A stretch of DNA of 64,000 bases, taken from contig CAZTMR010000002.1 of NCBI GenBank assembly GCA_964615345.1, positions 17,428-81,427 of the forward strand, read 5' to 3'. A model generated the notes under the pieces. That model was not told the DNA's origin. It searched no databases and was given only the letters and a program-made list of their open reading frames with translations. Position numbers and translations under genes: made by a program. Shown piece by piece: positions 34,698 through 43,351 of the stretch; the stretch's first letter is position 1, and the number at the start of each line of letters is the position of its first letter. This DNA comes from an uncultured Dehalococcoidaceae bacterium. GTDB taxonomy: Bacteria; Chloroflexota; Dehalococcoidia; Dehalococcoidales; RBG-16-60-22.

Positions 34698-36458
34698 ATG
34701 AACAGCGAAAAGACCACCCGCCAGATCCTGGAAGAAAAGGCCGAACCGGGAGAGCGTATCCCTCTCTACAACCCGGAAGCGCTCAAGAAAATGGCCGGGG
34801 AATTAGAACGCTGGAAAAATAACGTGGTCAGGGAGCAGGACCGCCAGAACTGGACGTCAACTCCCCGTACCATCCTCGGTTCGGAAATCCCGCGGGAACT
34901 GCTCTACACCCCGCTCAATAACGCCGGGCTGGACTACCGGAAGGACCTGGGTTTCTCCGGAGAGGAGCCCTACACCCGCGGCATCCATCCCAATATGTAC
35001 CGTGGCCGCACCTTTACCATGCGCCAGCTCTTCGGCGCCGGCTCCCCGGAGCAGTGCAACCAGCGGATGAGAAACCTGCTGGAACACGGCGCCACCGGCA
35101 CCAACTGGGCGCTGGACCTGGCCACGGTGCAGATGTTTGACTCTGACGAGCCGGAAGCCAGGGGGCAGGTAGCCACGGTGGGGGTTCCCATCGATTGCGT
35201 GGAGGATATGGAGGTAATCTGCCGCGATATCCCCATTGATAAGGTCAGCGCCTCCATCGTCACCCACTACCCGCGGAATACCGCCATCACTTTCCCGATG
35301 TACCTGGTAATGGCGGAGCGCCGCGGCATCCCCTGGGAGCAGCTTGCCGGCAGCGTGCAGAACGATTTTATTATGGAAAGCCTGGTGCGCAGCGCTTCCG
35401 AATATATCCCGCCGCGGGACGACTTCCGCATCCAGTGCGACAACATCGAGTTTATCCGCCGGCACGTACCCAGATGGAACTACGTTACCCTGAACGGCTA
35501 CAACCTGCGGGAATGGGGCACTTCCGGCGTCACCGAGATGGCCGTGGCCTTGGCCAACGGCATCGCCATCCTGGAGGAGATGTCCCGCCGGGGCCACGAC
35601 ATCGACTGGGTGGCGGAGCGGCTGGCTTTCTTCTGGGCGCCGGCCAATGACTTCTTCGAAGAGGTAGCCCGCATCCGGGCGGTGAGAAGGCTGTGGTACA
35701 AGATAATGAAATACCGCTTCGAGGCGAAAAAGCCACGCTCGATGTGGATGCGCTGCCACGTGCAGACCTCCGGCGTCTCCCTGACCCGGGAGGAGCCGAT
35801 GAACAACGTGATACGTGCCGCCTACCACGCCCTGGCCGCCGTGCTCGGCGGGGCGCAGTCCCTGCACGTGGACTCGTACGATGAGGCCTACTCCGTCCCT
35901 TCCGAAGAAGCCTCCCTGCTCTCCCTGCGCACCCAGCAGATAATCGAGGCGGAGACCCAGGTCACCCAGGTGGTCGACCCCCTCGGCGGCTCTTTCTACG
36001 TGGAAGCGCTGACCGAGGAAATCGAAAAAAGAATTCTGGGCGAGGTGGACGAAATCGAGCGGCGGGGCGGCATCGTGGAGGTGGTGGCCAGCGGCTGGCT
36101 GCACCAGAAGGTCGTCCGGCACATAGAGCGCGAGCAGAGAATGATCGAGAGCGGCGAAATCAAGGTGGTGGGACGCAACTACCACCGCGACCCCAACCTG
36201 GAGATGCCCGATGTCCGGGTGCACGAGTACGATGAAAGCATCGCCCGGGAGATGGGGGAGAAACTGGCGAAGCTGAGAGAGCGGCGGGATAACGATAAGG
36301 TAAACCGGAGTCTGGCTGCGCTCAAAGAAGCCTGCCAGCGCGGCGACAACGTCATGGAGTACACCCTGGAATGCGCCCGGGCGGACGCCACCGAGGGCGA
36401 AATGCGCCGGGCCTTTATCGAGGCTTTCGGCTCCTGGAAGCCGCCGATCTACGTTTAG
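34698..36458 (+). CDS. Coenzyme-B12 acyl-CoA mutase, large (substrate/TIM-barrel) subunit; specificity unassigned
   Basis: By eye it aligns with methylmalonyl-CoA mutase: 'FTMRQLFGAG', 'ALDLATVQMFDSD', 'AGSVQNDFIMESLVRS', 'TLNGYNLREWG', 'HVQTSGVSLT', 'SLHVDSYDEA'. It has no fused B12 domain. Confidence 0.85.
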   Translation: MNSEKTTRQILEEKAEPGERIPLYNPEALKKMAGELERWKNNVVREQDRQNWTSTPRTILGSEIPRELLYTPLNNAGLDYRKDLGFSGEEPYTRGIHPNMYRGRTFTMRQLFGAGSPEQCNQRMRNLLEHGATGTNWALDLATVQMFDSDEPEARGQVATVGVPIDCVEDMEVICRDIPIDKVSASIVTHYPRNTAITFPMYLVMAERRGIPWEQLAGSVQNDFIMESLVRSASEYIPPRDDFRIQCDNIEFIRRHVPRWNYVTLNGYNLREWGTSGVTEMAVALANGIAILEEMSRRGHDIDWVAERLAFFWAPANDFFEEVARIRAVRRLWYKIMKYRFEAKKPRSMWMRCHVQTSGVSLTREEPMNNVIRAAYHALAAVLGGAQSLHVDSYDEAYSVPSEEASLLSLRTQQIIEAETQVTQVVDPLGGSFYVEALTEEIEKRILGEVDEIERRGGIVEVVASGWLHQKVVRHIEREQRMIESGEIKVVGRNYHRDPNLEMPDVRVHEYDESIAREMGEKLAKLRERRDNDKVNRSLAALKEACQRGDNVMEYTLECARADATEGEMRRAFIEAFGSWKPPIYV

Positions 36459-36478
36459 AAGCGAGAGGTCAAGACAAA

Positions 36479-36913
36479 ATGGCGCAGAAAAAGAGTAAAG
36501 TAAAGGTGCTCCTGGCCCAGTTCCCCCTGGAAGCGCACAACCGGGGTGTCATCACCGTGGCCGGCATGCTCAAAGATGCCGGTATGGAGGTGGTGCTCAT
36601 CGGCAACGAGTTGCCGGAGCGGATAATCGATTCCGCCATCCAGGAAGACGCGGATGTCATCGGCGTGAGCACCTACTGCGGCGGCGAGCTGGCCCTGGGT
36701 GCCGACCTTATGGCGAGCGCGGAAGAAAAGGGCATCAGGGACAGCGCCGTTTTCCTGCTCGGGGGTATCTTCCCGCCGGGGAACCGGGACAAGCTGAAAA
36801 AACTGGGCTTCAGCGGCGTTTTCCTCTCCGCCGAGCGCGACGAAATAGTCGCCTGCATCGAGGCAGCCCTGACGGAAAAGCGGGCGGCCGCTCAGTCTCC
36901 GGGCGCCTCGTAG
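36479..36913 (+). CDS. Acyl-CoA mutase small subunit (B12-binding Rossmann domain)
   Basis: 'KVLLAQFPLEAHNRGVITVAGMLKDAGMEVVLIG...DADVIGVSTYCGG...VFLLGGIFP' shows the B12-binding fold, with ExHxxG in place of DxHxxG. Start set at ATG 36479. Confidence 0.8.
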   Translation: MAQKKSKVKVLLAQFPLEAHNRGVITVAGMLKDAGMEVVLIGNELPERIIDSAIQEDADVIGVSTYCGGELALGADLMASAEEKGIRDSAVFLLGGIFPPGNRDKLKKLGFSGVFLSAERDEIVACIEAALTEKRAAAQSPGAS

Positions 36914-37329
36914 AGCCGGACCACCGTCTCCCCTTCCACCACCAGCTTACCGTCCTGATTGGCGCAGGTGGTCCTGGCGGTGACGATTCCCTTGTCCTTG
37001 CGCACGCCGATTACCTCGACCGTGGCGGTTACGGTATCCCCTATTTTCACCGGCCGGAGAAACCGGCTGGAATGGGAAAGCAGGATAACCAGACCGGGAA
37101 GCCCGGCGGCGGCCGCCGAGATGAGCGATATGGCGATAACTCCGTGGGCAATTCGCCCGCCGAACGGCGTCTTCCGGGCGAACTCCTCGTCCAGGTGCAC
37201 CGGGTTATGGTCCCCGGAGACTTCAGCAAACTGGCTAATGTCTTTCTCCGTAATCGTCTTGCGGTGCGTGGTGGTATAACCGATGTCCACGCCCAGCCTG
37301 TCCAAGATGGATGGCTCGTTTTCGGTCAC
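36892..37329 (-). CDS. MaoC-like (R)-specific enoyl-CoA hydratase / hot-dog fold
   Basis: 'FAEVSGDHNPVHLDEEFARKTPFGGRIAHGV' (hydratase 2 motif). Confidence 0.85.
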   Translation of the reverse strand: MTENEPSILDRLGVDIGYTTTHRKTITEKDISQFAEVSGDHNPVHLDEEFARKTPFGGRIAHGVIAISLISAAAAGLPGLVILLSHSSRFLRPVKIGDTVTATVEVIGVRKDKGIVTARTTCANQDGKLVVEGETVVRLYEAPGD

Positions 37330-37350
37330 GGTTCACCTCCTGCCACAGTT

Positions 37351-38139
37351 TTAATCATCCGGCACTTCCACTGATTCCCCGGCCATAATAGCCGCGCCCA
37401 GGGCGGTAACTATCTGGGGATGGGGCGGCAGCAGCAGCCTGACTCCCAGTCTTTCTTCCACCGCCCGGATAAGCCCGGTGTCCAGGCCACCGCCCCCGCT
37501 CAGGGCGCAGTCAGCCTCCAACCCCACCTTGTCCGCCAGGGCGGAAATCTTGTCCGCCAGCGCCCGGTGCACCCCGGCCAGGATGTCTTCCCGGGCGGCG
37601 CCCTCCGCCACCCGGGAGACGGCTTCCGATTCGCCGAAAACGGCGCAGCCAGTACTGAAGGCGACCGGGCTTTTTGCTTTCAGGGAAAGCGGGCCGATAT
37701 CTTTCAACTCTACCTGGAGAACGTTAGCGATTACTTCCATAAAGCGGCCGCTGCCGGCGGCGCACTTCTCGCTGACGGCAAACCCGGTCACCCGGCCGCT
37801 TCCGCCAACTTTTATCACCTGGCTGGATTGCGCCTGCACGTCGATTACCGTCCGCGCCGAAGGAAAGATGCTGTGGACACCCCGCGCGCAGCAACGGATA
37901 TCAGTGCCTCTTCCGGCCGGGAAAGGGATGTTGCCGGAACCCTGCCCGGTGGCCACCGCCGCAGCGATATCCAGCGCCGACAGCCCCATCTTGTCCAGCA
38001 GTTCTGCGCGCAGTCTGCCGGCGGCCTCTTTATAGTTCACCCCGGAAGGCAGCACGTGGCAGGCCAGGAGTTCCCCGTCCCCGATGACCACCCCCTTGCT
38101 CGTTCTCGAACCGATATCAATGCCCAGGTAATAAGCCAT
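37351..38139 (-). CDS. BcrD/BadG/HgdC-type ATPase (electron-activating subunit), copy 2
   Basis: 'YLGIDIGSRTSKGVV' (ASKHA phosphate 1); cluster-ligand cysteines 'EKCAAGSGRF' and 'STGCAVFGESE'. Confidence 0.85.
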   Translation of the reverse strand: MAYYLGIDIGSRTSKGVVIGDGELLACHVLPSGVNYKEAAGRLRAELLDKMGLSALDIAAAVATGQGSGNIPFPAGRGTDIRCCARGVHSIFPSARTVIDVQAQSSQVIKVGGSGRVTGFAVSEKCAAGSGRFMEVIANVLQVELKDIGPLSLKAKSPVAFSTGCAVFGESEAVSRVAEGAAREDILAGVHRALADKISALADKVGLEADCALSGGGGLDTGLIRAVEERLGVRLLLPPHPQIVTALGAAIMAGESVEVPDD

Positions 38140-38145
38140 TCCGCT

Positions 38146-39039
38146 TCACTCCGGCTGGAAAAAGGTCGCCTCCCCCAGCTCCCGCTCTTTCCTGGCAACC
38201 GTTTCCCCCCTGGCCAGCGCTTTCCGGACAATGTCTTTCCCCATCAGGGCTGCCCCCAGCGCGCCGCTTATCAGCGGGTCTTCCGGCACAAGGACTTCCC
38301 GGCCCAGGTTCTCCCGGACCGCCCTGACCACGCCACTGTTTTTAGCCACCCCGCCGGTAAACACCACCTCCGGCTCCACTTTCAGCTGCCGCAGCATGCC
38401 GACCGCCCGGCTGGCGATGGCGTGGTGCAGTCCGGCCACAATGTCTGCCACCGGAACGCCTTCAGTAAGACGGGCGGTGACTTCTTGCTCGGCAAAGACG
38501 GTGCAGGTATTGCTGATGCTGGCGCGGCGGGTAGATTGCAGAGAGATACTGCCCAGTTCTCCCAGCTCCAGCCCCAGTGTCCGGGCGATGACCTCCAGGA
38601 ACCGTCCGGTCCCGGCGGCGCACTTGTCATTCATCACGAAGTTAACCAGCTTGCCGCCCTGCAGCTTCATCCCTTTGGCGTCCTGCCCGCCGATGTCCAG
38701 CGCCGTCTTCACCCCGGGAAAAAGGCTGGCTATTCCCCGCGCGTGGCAGGTCAGCTCCGTTATCTGGCGGTCGGCAAAGGGCACGCTTATGCGGCCGTAG
38801 CCGGTGGCCACCACGCAAGCGATGTCCGGGAAGGGCAGTCCGGCGAGGGCCAGCGCCTCCTCCATAACCTTATTGGCCAGGCGGCGGTGCTCGGCGCCGG
38901 TATGACTTTCCACGCGGGAGAACACCCGCTCTCCGGCATCAATAATTACCACCTTCGTCATCGTCGAACCGAGGTCGATACCGGCAAAATAGAGTGGCTC
39001 CGCTTTCAATTCAGTCTCTTTCTCTGAAAAAGTTATCAC
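38146..39039 (-). CDS. BcrA/BadF/HgdC-type ATPase (electron-activating subunit), copy 1
   Basis: 'FAGIDLGSTMTKVVI', 'NDKCAAGTGRF', 'SNTCTVFAEQE'; adjacent to a second, clearly different paralogue. Confidence 0.85.
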   Translation of the reverse strand: MITFSEKETELKAEPLYFAGIDLGSTMTKVVIIDAGERVFSRVESHTGAEHRRLANKVMEEALALAGLPFPDIACVVATGYGRISVPFADRQITELTCHARGIASLFPGVKTALDIGGQDAKGMKLQGGKLVNFVMNDKCAAGTGRFLEVIARTLGLELGELGSISLQSTRRASISNTCTVFAEQEVTARLTEGVPVADIVAGLHHAIASRAVGMLRQLKVEPEVVFTGGVAKNSGVVRAVRENLGREVLVPEDPLISGALGAALMGKDIVRKALARGETVARKERELGEATFFQPE

Positions 39040-39073
39040 GCAGTATACCGCAAGGAAAGCTCCAGCCGACCGG

Positions 39074-40237
39074 TCAGCCGATTATCTCCAGGAATGCCTG
39101 CACCCTCGTCCGCAGCTGTGCCAGGGCTGCCTTGCTGTAATCGTGCTCCAGGTAAATGGACGGCAGCCCGATGTTCTCCAGATAGTCCTTCAGCGCCGGC
39201 ACTTCGTAGCCGTGGATATCACAGTAGCGCAGGGCCTGCAAAATCACCCCGTTGACGTTCCAGTCCCGGGCGTAATCACCCAGGTAGCCAAACCGGTTCT
39301 CCAGGTCTGCCTGATAGTCTTTCTTGCCGTCACTGCCGGGGCCGGTATCACGGAACGTCCGCGGGCTGCGCAGCGCCACCAGGTAGCGGTCGGCCAGCCC
39401 GTCCAGCGGGTCGTCGGTAGCTTCCACCAGCGGGAAATAGTCCCGGCTGCCTATGGTGGTATCATCCATGACCACGTTCCCGCCCAGGCTTTCCACCAGG
39501 TCAACCAGCGCCGTGTTATCGATAATGCTTCCCCACGTCATCAGCCGCGCCCCGGCCTGTGCCGGGCCGTCTCTGCGCTCCCTGACTTCAGTGATGACCT
39601 GCTCCAGAAGCCCGTTTGCCTCGGCGGCCGGCAGGCTGGCCACGGCCACCATCACCCGCACCGTTTCCACCCCGGATATCCGCGGCGGGTCAGGCTTCCT
39701 CAGATCGTACAGTTCCCGCACCAGGGAACGCTGCCGGTTATGAGTGTCCACCGCCTGCCGCAGCCTGGCCGCGGTGAGCTCCTGCCCGGTGAGGTTTTCC
39801 AGGGTACGCTTGAAATCTTCCAGCAGCACCCGGTGCTGCTGCCGGGCCGCCCGGTGGGTGGTATGCGGCGTATCAATAAAGTGAGTGTAAGCCGGTTCCA
39901 GGGACATCCGCCAGATATGGGTGGTCTTTTCGCTCACCTCGCAGCCGTGGGCAAAGACCACCCCGTCCAGAAAGTCATACTTTCCTTTCAGCCCCAGGTC
40001 CATGACACTGCGCAGGAAGGGGCAGACCACGGTGGGCAGGCAGGCGTCCGCCCGGGTGATTGTCTCGTTGATATCTCCCAGCAGGCGGTACGGCACCAGG
40101 TCGAGTGCCGTGAGCATTTCTACCACCGGGTAAATGTCCAGGTAGCCGATAACCTTTTTCCCTTCCGCCTTTAGCTCTTCAGCCCGGGCCGCCCGGCGGT
40201 CATAAATCTCTTTTACCCGTTTCAGTCCCGTGGTCAT
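39074..40237 (-). CDS. 2-hydroxyacyl-CoA dehydratase / benzoyl-CoA reductase family catalytic subunit (BcrC/HgdB-like)
   Basis: 387 aa; family-typical N-terminus 'KVIGYLDIYPVVEMLTALDLVPYRL' and conserved Cys 'LPTVVCPFLRS', 'AHGCE', 'LRYCD'. Its start overlaps the upstream subunit's stop. Confidence 0.8.
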   Translation of the reverse strand: MTTGLKRVKEIYDRRAARAEELKAEGKKVIGYLDIYPVVEMLTALDLVPYRLLGDINETITRADACLPTVVCPFLRSVMDLGLKGKYDFLDGVVFAHGCEVSEKTTHIWRMSLEPAYTHFIDTPHTTHRAARQQHRVLLEDFKRTLENLTGQELTAARLRQAVDTHNRQRSLVRELYDLRKPDPPRISGVETVRVMVAVASLPAAEANGLLEQVITEVRERRDGPAQAGARLMTWGSIIDNTALVDLVESLGGNVVMDDTTIGSRDYFPLVEATDDPLDGLADRYLVALRSPRTFRDTGPGSDGKKDYQADLENRFGYLGDYARDWNVNGVILQALRYCDIHGYEVPALKDYLENIGLPSIYLEHDYSKAALAQLRTRVQAFLEIIG

Positions 40238-41586
40238 TACCAGTCGAACCCCGCTTTTTTTCTTACTTCCCGGTAGTGGTTCATCGTCTCCTCGAACGTC
40301 TCCGCCCGGCGCAGGGCGTCCGCCGGGTCGAACAGGTTAAGGTCTACGATGTCCCCTTCCACGACCAGGGAAGGCACCTTAAACTGCTCCATAAGCTGGT
40401 TCTGCACCATCGTCAGGTGGTTGGTGGCGGTGCGGCAGGTGAGCAGCGGGTGCAGCAGTATCCCATCGCATCGGTACTCTCTGACCATTTCAAGATAGGG
40501 ATGGGCGAAATATCCCCACCAGTCCCCGGCCCGGAAAGCATCTTCAAAGTAGCCGGAAAAATACTGGTAGGTCAGCCCGGCGATGCGCTCCAGGGGGTCG
40601 CCGATTCCGCTCAGGTCCACCGGCTTCGGCGGGTGGTAAGCCCAGCTTTCGGTGACGAAGTTCCAGCCCCGCTCCGCAAGCTGGTTGAAAAACTTCAGGC
40701 TGTGCCACGGCGGCAGCTCGGCGAAGGCAAGCCGGAACTTCTCCTCCGGCACCGCCCCGGCGCCACTGTCCACCATTGCCTTCACTTCATCGTACATATC
40801 CCGGTACAGCCCGGCGGTTATCTCCGGGTCGGACGCCATATACAGGGAAGCCGGCATACTGCTCCAGAAGTCCCGCGAGTGCATCGGGCAGGGGCTCGCC
40901 TTGCGCAGCTCGTTCACCTCATACCATACCCGGTTCATCTCGATGGTATCGTCGACGACCTTCCCGAGGCGGTCCCAGTCCATTTTCCGGCCGAGCAGTT
41001 CTTCCAGGAACCGGACGAACTCTTTCAGTTCCGCCACCAGGAAGCGAATGTTATGCTCGCGGTTACCCTCGAGGCGGCTTTCCGGAACGCCGGGATGAGG
41101 CATCTCCAGCACCCAGACCGGCGCATCCAGATAACGTCCCAGCGCCTGGAACCACTTGTAGCGGGTGTCACAGAAATAGCCGGAGCCGAGCAGCAGTGTG
41201 GGCGGGGGCATGCCGCCCATCGGGGCTTCCGGAGGGATTTCCCCCAGCTCCTTCATCCGCGCCGCGTAGCCCAGGCAATTCCGGGCGTAGCCGCACATAT
41301 GAGTGGGGAAACCGTCCGAATCGGAGTAAGCCAGGTAGTCCGGCGCGGCGCCGAAGGCAGCACAGACCGCGCCGTAGTCTTCCGGGTAAATGGCGGCCAC
41401 GTCCATAGCCCGGAGCACGGCGTCACCACCCCACCAGTTGACCATGCACCAGGCCACCGGTTTCCCTTCCCGGCGGGCGGCTACCGCCTGCTGGTACGTC
41501 CCGTCCACCAGCGCCCGCAGCGGATACATCGTTTTCAGCCGGTTGATGGCTCTCCTGCTCTTCTCTTCGGACACGGTATCTACCAT
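40237..41586 (-). CDS. 2-hydroxyacyl-CoA dehydratase / benzoyl-CoA reductase family catalytic subunit (BcrB/HgdA-like)
   Basis: 449 aa; 'GKPVAWCMVNWWGGDAVLRAMDVAAIYPEDY', 'PTHMCGYARN', 'GYFCDT', 'HPLLTCR'. Confidence 0.8.
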   Translation of the reverse strand: MVDTVSEEKSRRAINRLKTMYPLRALVDGTYQQAVAARREGKPVAWCMVNWWGGDAVLRAMDVAAIYPEDYGAVCAAFGAAPDYLAYSDSDGFPTHMCGYARNCLGYAARMKELGEIPPEAPMGGMPPPTLLLGSGYFCDTRYKWFQALGRYLDAPVWVLEMPHPGVPESRLEGNREHNIRFLVAELKEFVRFLEELLGRKMDWDRLGKVVDDTIEMNRVWYEVNELRKASPCPMHSRDFWSSMPASLYMASDPEITAGLYRDMYDEVKAMVDSGAGAVPEEKFRLAFAELPPWHSLKFFNQLAERGWNFVTESWAYHPPKPVDLSGIGDPLERIAGLTYQYFSGYFEDAFRAGDWWGYFAHPYLEMVREYRCDGILLHPLLTCRTATNHLTMVQNQLMEQFKVPSLVVEGDIVDLNLFDPADALRRAETFEETMNHYREVRKKAGFDW

Positions 41587-41664
41587 CCCGTTACTTCATC
41601 TGGAAACAGTCCGGGGAACACGGCATAGTTCCGCCGTCAAGTAATCCCGGGAATAACGCCGGCA

Positions 41665-42081
41665 TCAGTCCAGCAAGCGGAAAAGGGGGCGGGCGCTCTC
41701 CCCGGCGGAATAACGGTCACCGGAGAACACTTTGCTGCCGTCTATCTTTACCTTTTTCCCGATGAGCCCCATATCGGCGGCCGCCGGGTCGGTACCCGTA
41801 AGGTTTCCCATCACCCAGGGGCCCTCGTTCATCTCCACCAGCAGAATCACGTAAGGAGCTTCGTCTTCGCGCCCCTCCGCGGCCACATTATTGCTGGTAA
41901 AGGTCTGGATGCGGCCTTCTCCGACAAGCTCGGTTATTTCCATATCGGTCCCGCCGCAGCCGCGGCAGACCATTTTGGGAGGCGTGGTGACCACCCCGCA
42001 CTGGGGACACTTCAGACCCAGCAGCCGGTTTTCTTTGAGTGCCTCGTTATATTCCTTGAAAGTCAGCCTGTATTCCATCAT
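41665..42081 (-). CDS. DUF35 OB-fold / rubredoxin-like zinc-ribbon protein (thiolase partner)
   Basis: 'LLGLKCPQCGVVTTPPKMVCRGCGG' followed by an OB-fold segment; directly downstream of the thiolase. Confidence 0.85.
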   Translation of the reverse strand: MMEYRLTFKEYNEALKENRLLGLKCPQCGVVTTPPKMVCRGCGGTDMEITELVGEGRIQTFTSNNVAAEGREDEAPYVILLVEMNEGPWVMGNLTGTDPAAADMGLIGKKVKIDGSKVFSGDRYSAGESARPLFRLLD

Positions 42082-42111
42082 TAGCCTCCGTTTTCGCTGA
42101 ATCGCTCTTCT

Positions 42112-43290
42112 CTACCAGCCGCGCTGCAGAATCATATTCACCAGCGTGCCGCCGTCTCCGCCCAGGGTATCGGTCATGCCAGTCCGGGCGCCTTCCACCA
42201 TCCGTTCCGGCTCCACCTCGCCGCGCAGCTGTTTGGTCACCTCGTAGACCTGTCCGGCCCCGGTGGCGCCGATGGGGTGCCCCTTGGACTTCAGTCCGCC
42301 GGACGCGTTAATGGCTACCTTACCGCCGATTGCCGCCTCGCCTTTCTCCCAGGCCTCGCCCGATTTACCGTATTCGAAGAAGCCGAGCCCTTCGGCGGCA
42401 ATCAGGCTGGCGATACTGAAACAGTCGTGCAGTTCGCAAAAGTCGATGTCCGCCGGCTTCACCCCGGCCATCTCGTAGGCGCGCTGAGCGGACAGCTCCC
42501 GCGCTTTCAGCCGGGGCAGATAGTCACCCTGGCTGACCAGAGGTCCGGAGGAAGCCTGCCCCACCCCGGTGATAAAGACCGGCTTATCAGTCAGCTTGCG
42601 CGCGTTTTCCTCCGTGGTGAGCACCAGAGCGGCCGCGCCATCCGAAAACGGGCAGCAGTCATGGAGCTGGAGCGGCGTGCTCACCATAAACGACTTGAGC
42701 ACCGCCGGCACGTCCACCTCTTTCCGCAGGTGCGCCTTGGGATTGTGCACCCCGTAGCGGTAGGACTGCACGGATACCGCCGCCATCTGTTCCTTGAGCT
42801 TCTCCAGGGGGATGCCGTATTTCGCCGCGTAGAGGTGGGCGAGCATGGCGAACAGGGCGGGAAAGGTAATCCCCGCCGGATACTCATAACGGCTGTCACT
42901 GAACATGGCAAAGGTGCGCGTGGCCAGAGCGGTACCCATGGTAGCCGCCCTTTCCACCCCGCCGGTCAGCACCACATCGTAAAAGCCGGAGGCAACCCAC
43001 ATAAAAGCATCCCGCACCGCCATACTTGCCGAGGCACAGGCGCCCTCGTAACGGTTGGCCGGAACATTGTAGCAGCCGATGTTTTCGGCGGCGAAAGCCT
43101 GCACCATCCCCTGCCCTTCGGAAAAGTCTCCCAGGACGTTGCCCAGGAACAGGGCCTGCATATCTTTCGGTTTCAGGTTGGATCCGCTTATAGCTTCCAT
43201 GGCCGCTTCAGCAAACAGCTCCACGCTGGTCTTTTCCTGGGCCGCCCCGAATTTGGTTTCACCCACGCCGACGACAGCTACTTTTCTCAT
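42112..43290 (-). CDS. Thiolase (SCP-x / BbsB-like, non-acetoacetyl type)
   Basis: 'MRKVAVVGVGETKFG', active-site 'YEGACASASMAV', 'CELHDCFS', 'NASGGLKSKGHPIGATG'. ATG 43290 has a GGAGGAGG SD. Confidence 0.85.
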   Translation of the reverse strand: MRKVAVVGVGETKFGAAQEKTSVELFAEAAMEAISGSNLKPKDMQALFLGNVLGDFSEGQGMVQAFAAENIGCYNVPANRYEGACASASMAVRDAFMWVASGFYDVVLTGGVERAATMGTALATRTFAMFSDSRYEYPAGITFPALFAMLAHLYAAKYGIPLEKLKEQMAAVSVQSYRYGVHNPKAHLRKEVDVPAVLKSFMVSTPLQLHDCCPFSDGAAALVLTTEENARKLTDKPVFITGVGQASSGPLVSQGDYLPRLKARELSAQRAYEMAGVKPADIDFCELHDCFSIASLIAAEGLGFFEYGKSGEAWEKGEAAIGGKVAINASGGLKSKGHPIGATGAGQVYEVTKQLRGEVEPERMVEGARTGMTDTLGGDGGTLVNMILQRGW

Positions 43291-43351
43291 CTGAAATACC
43301 TCCTCCAAAGGTTATTGACCAATACCAAGTTACTATATTCTGCCATTGCCG

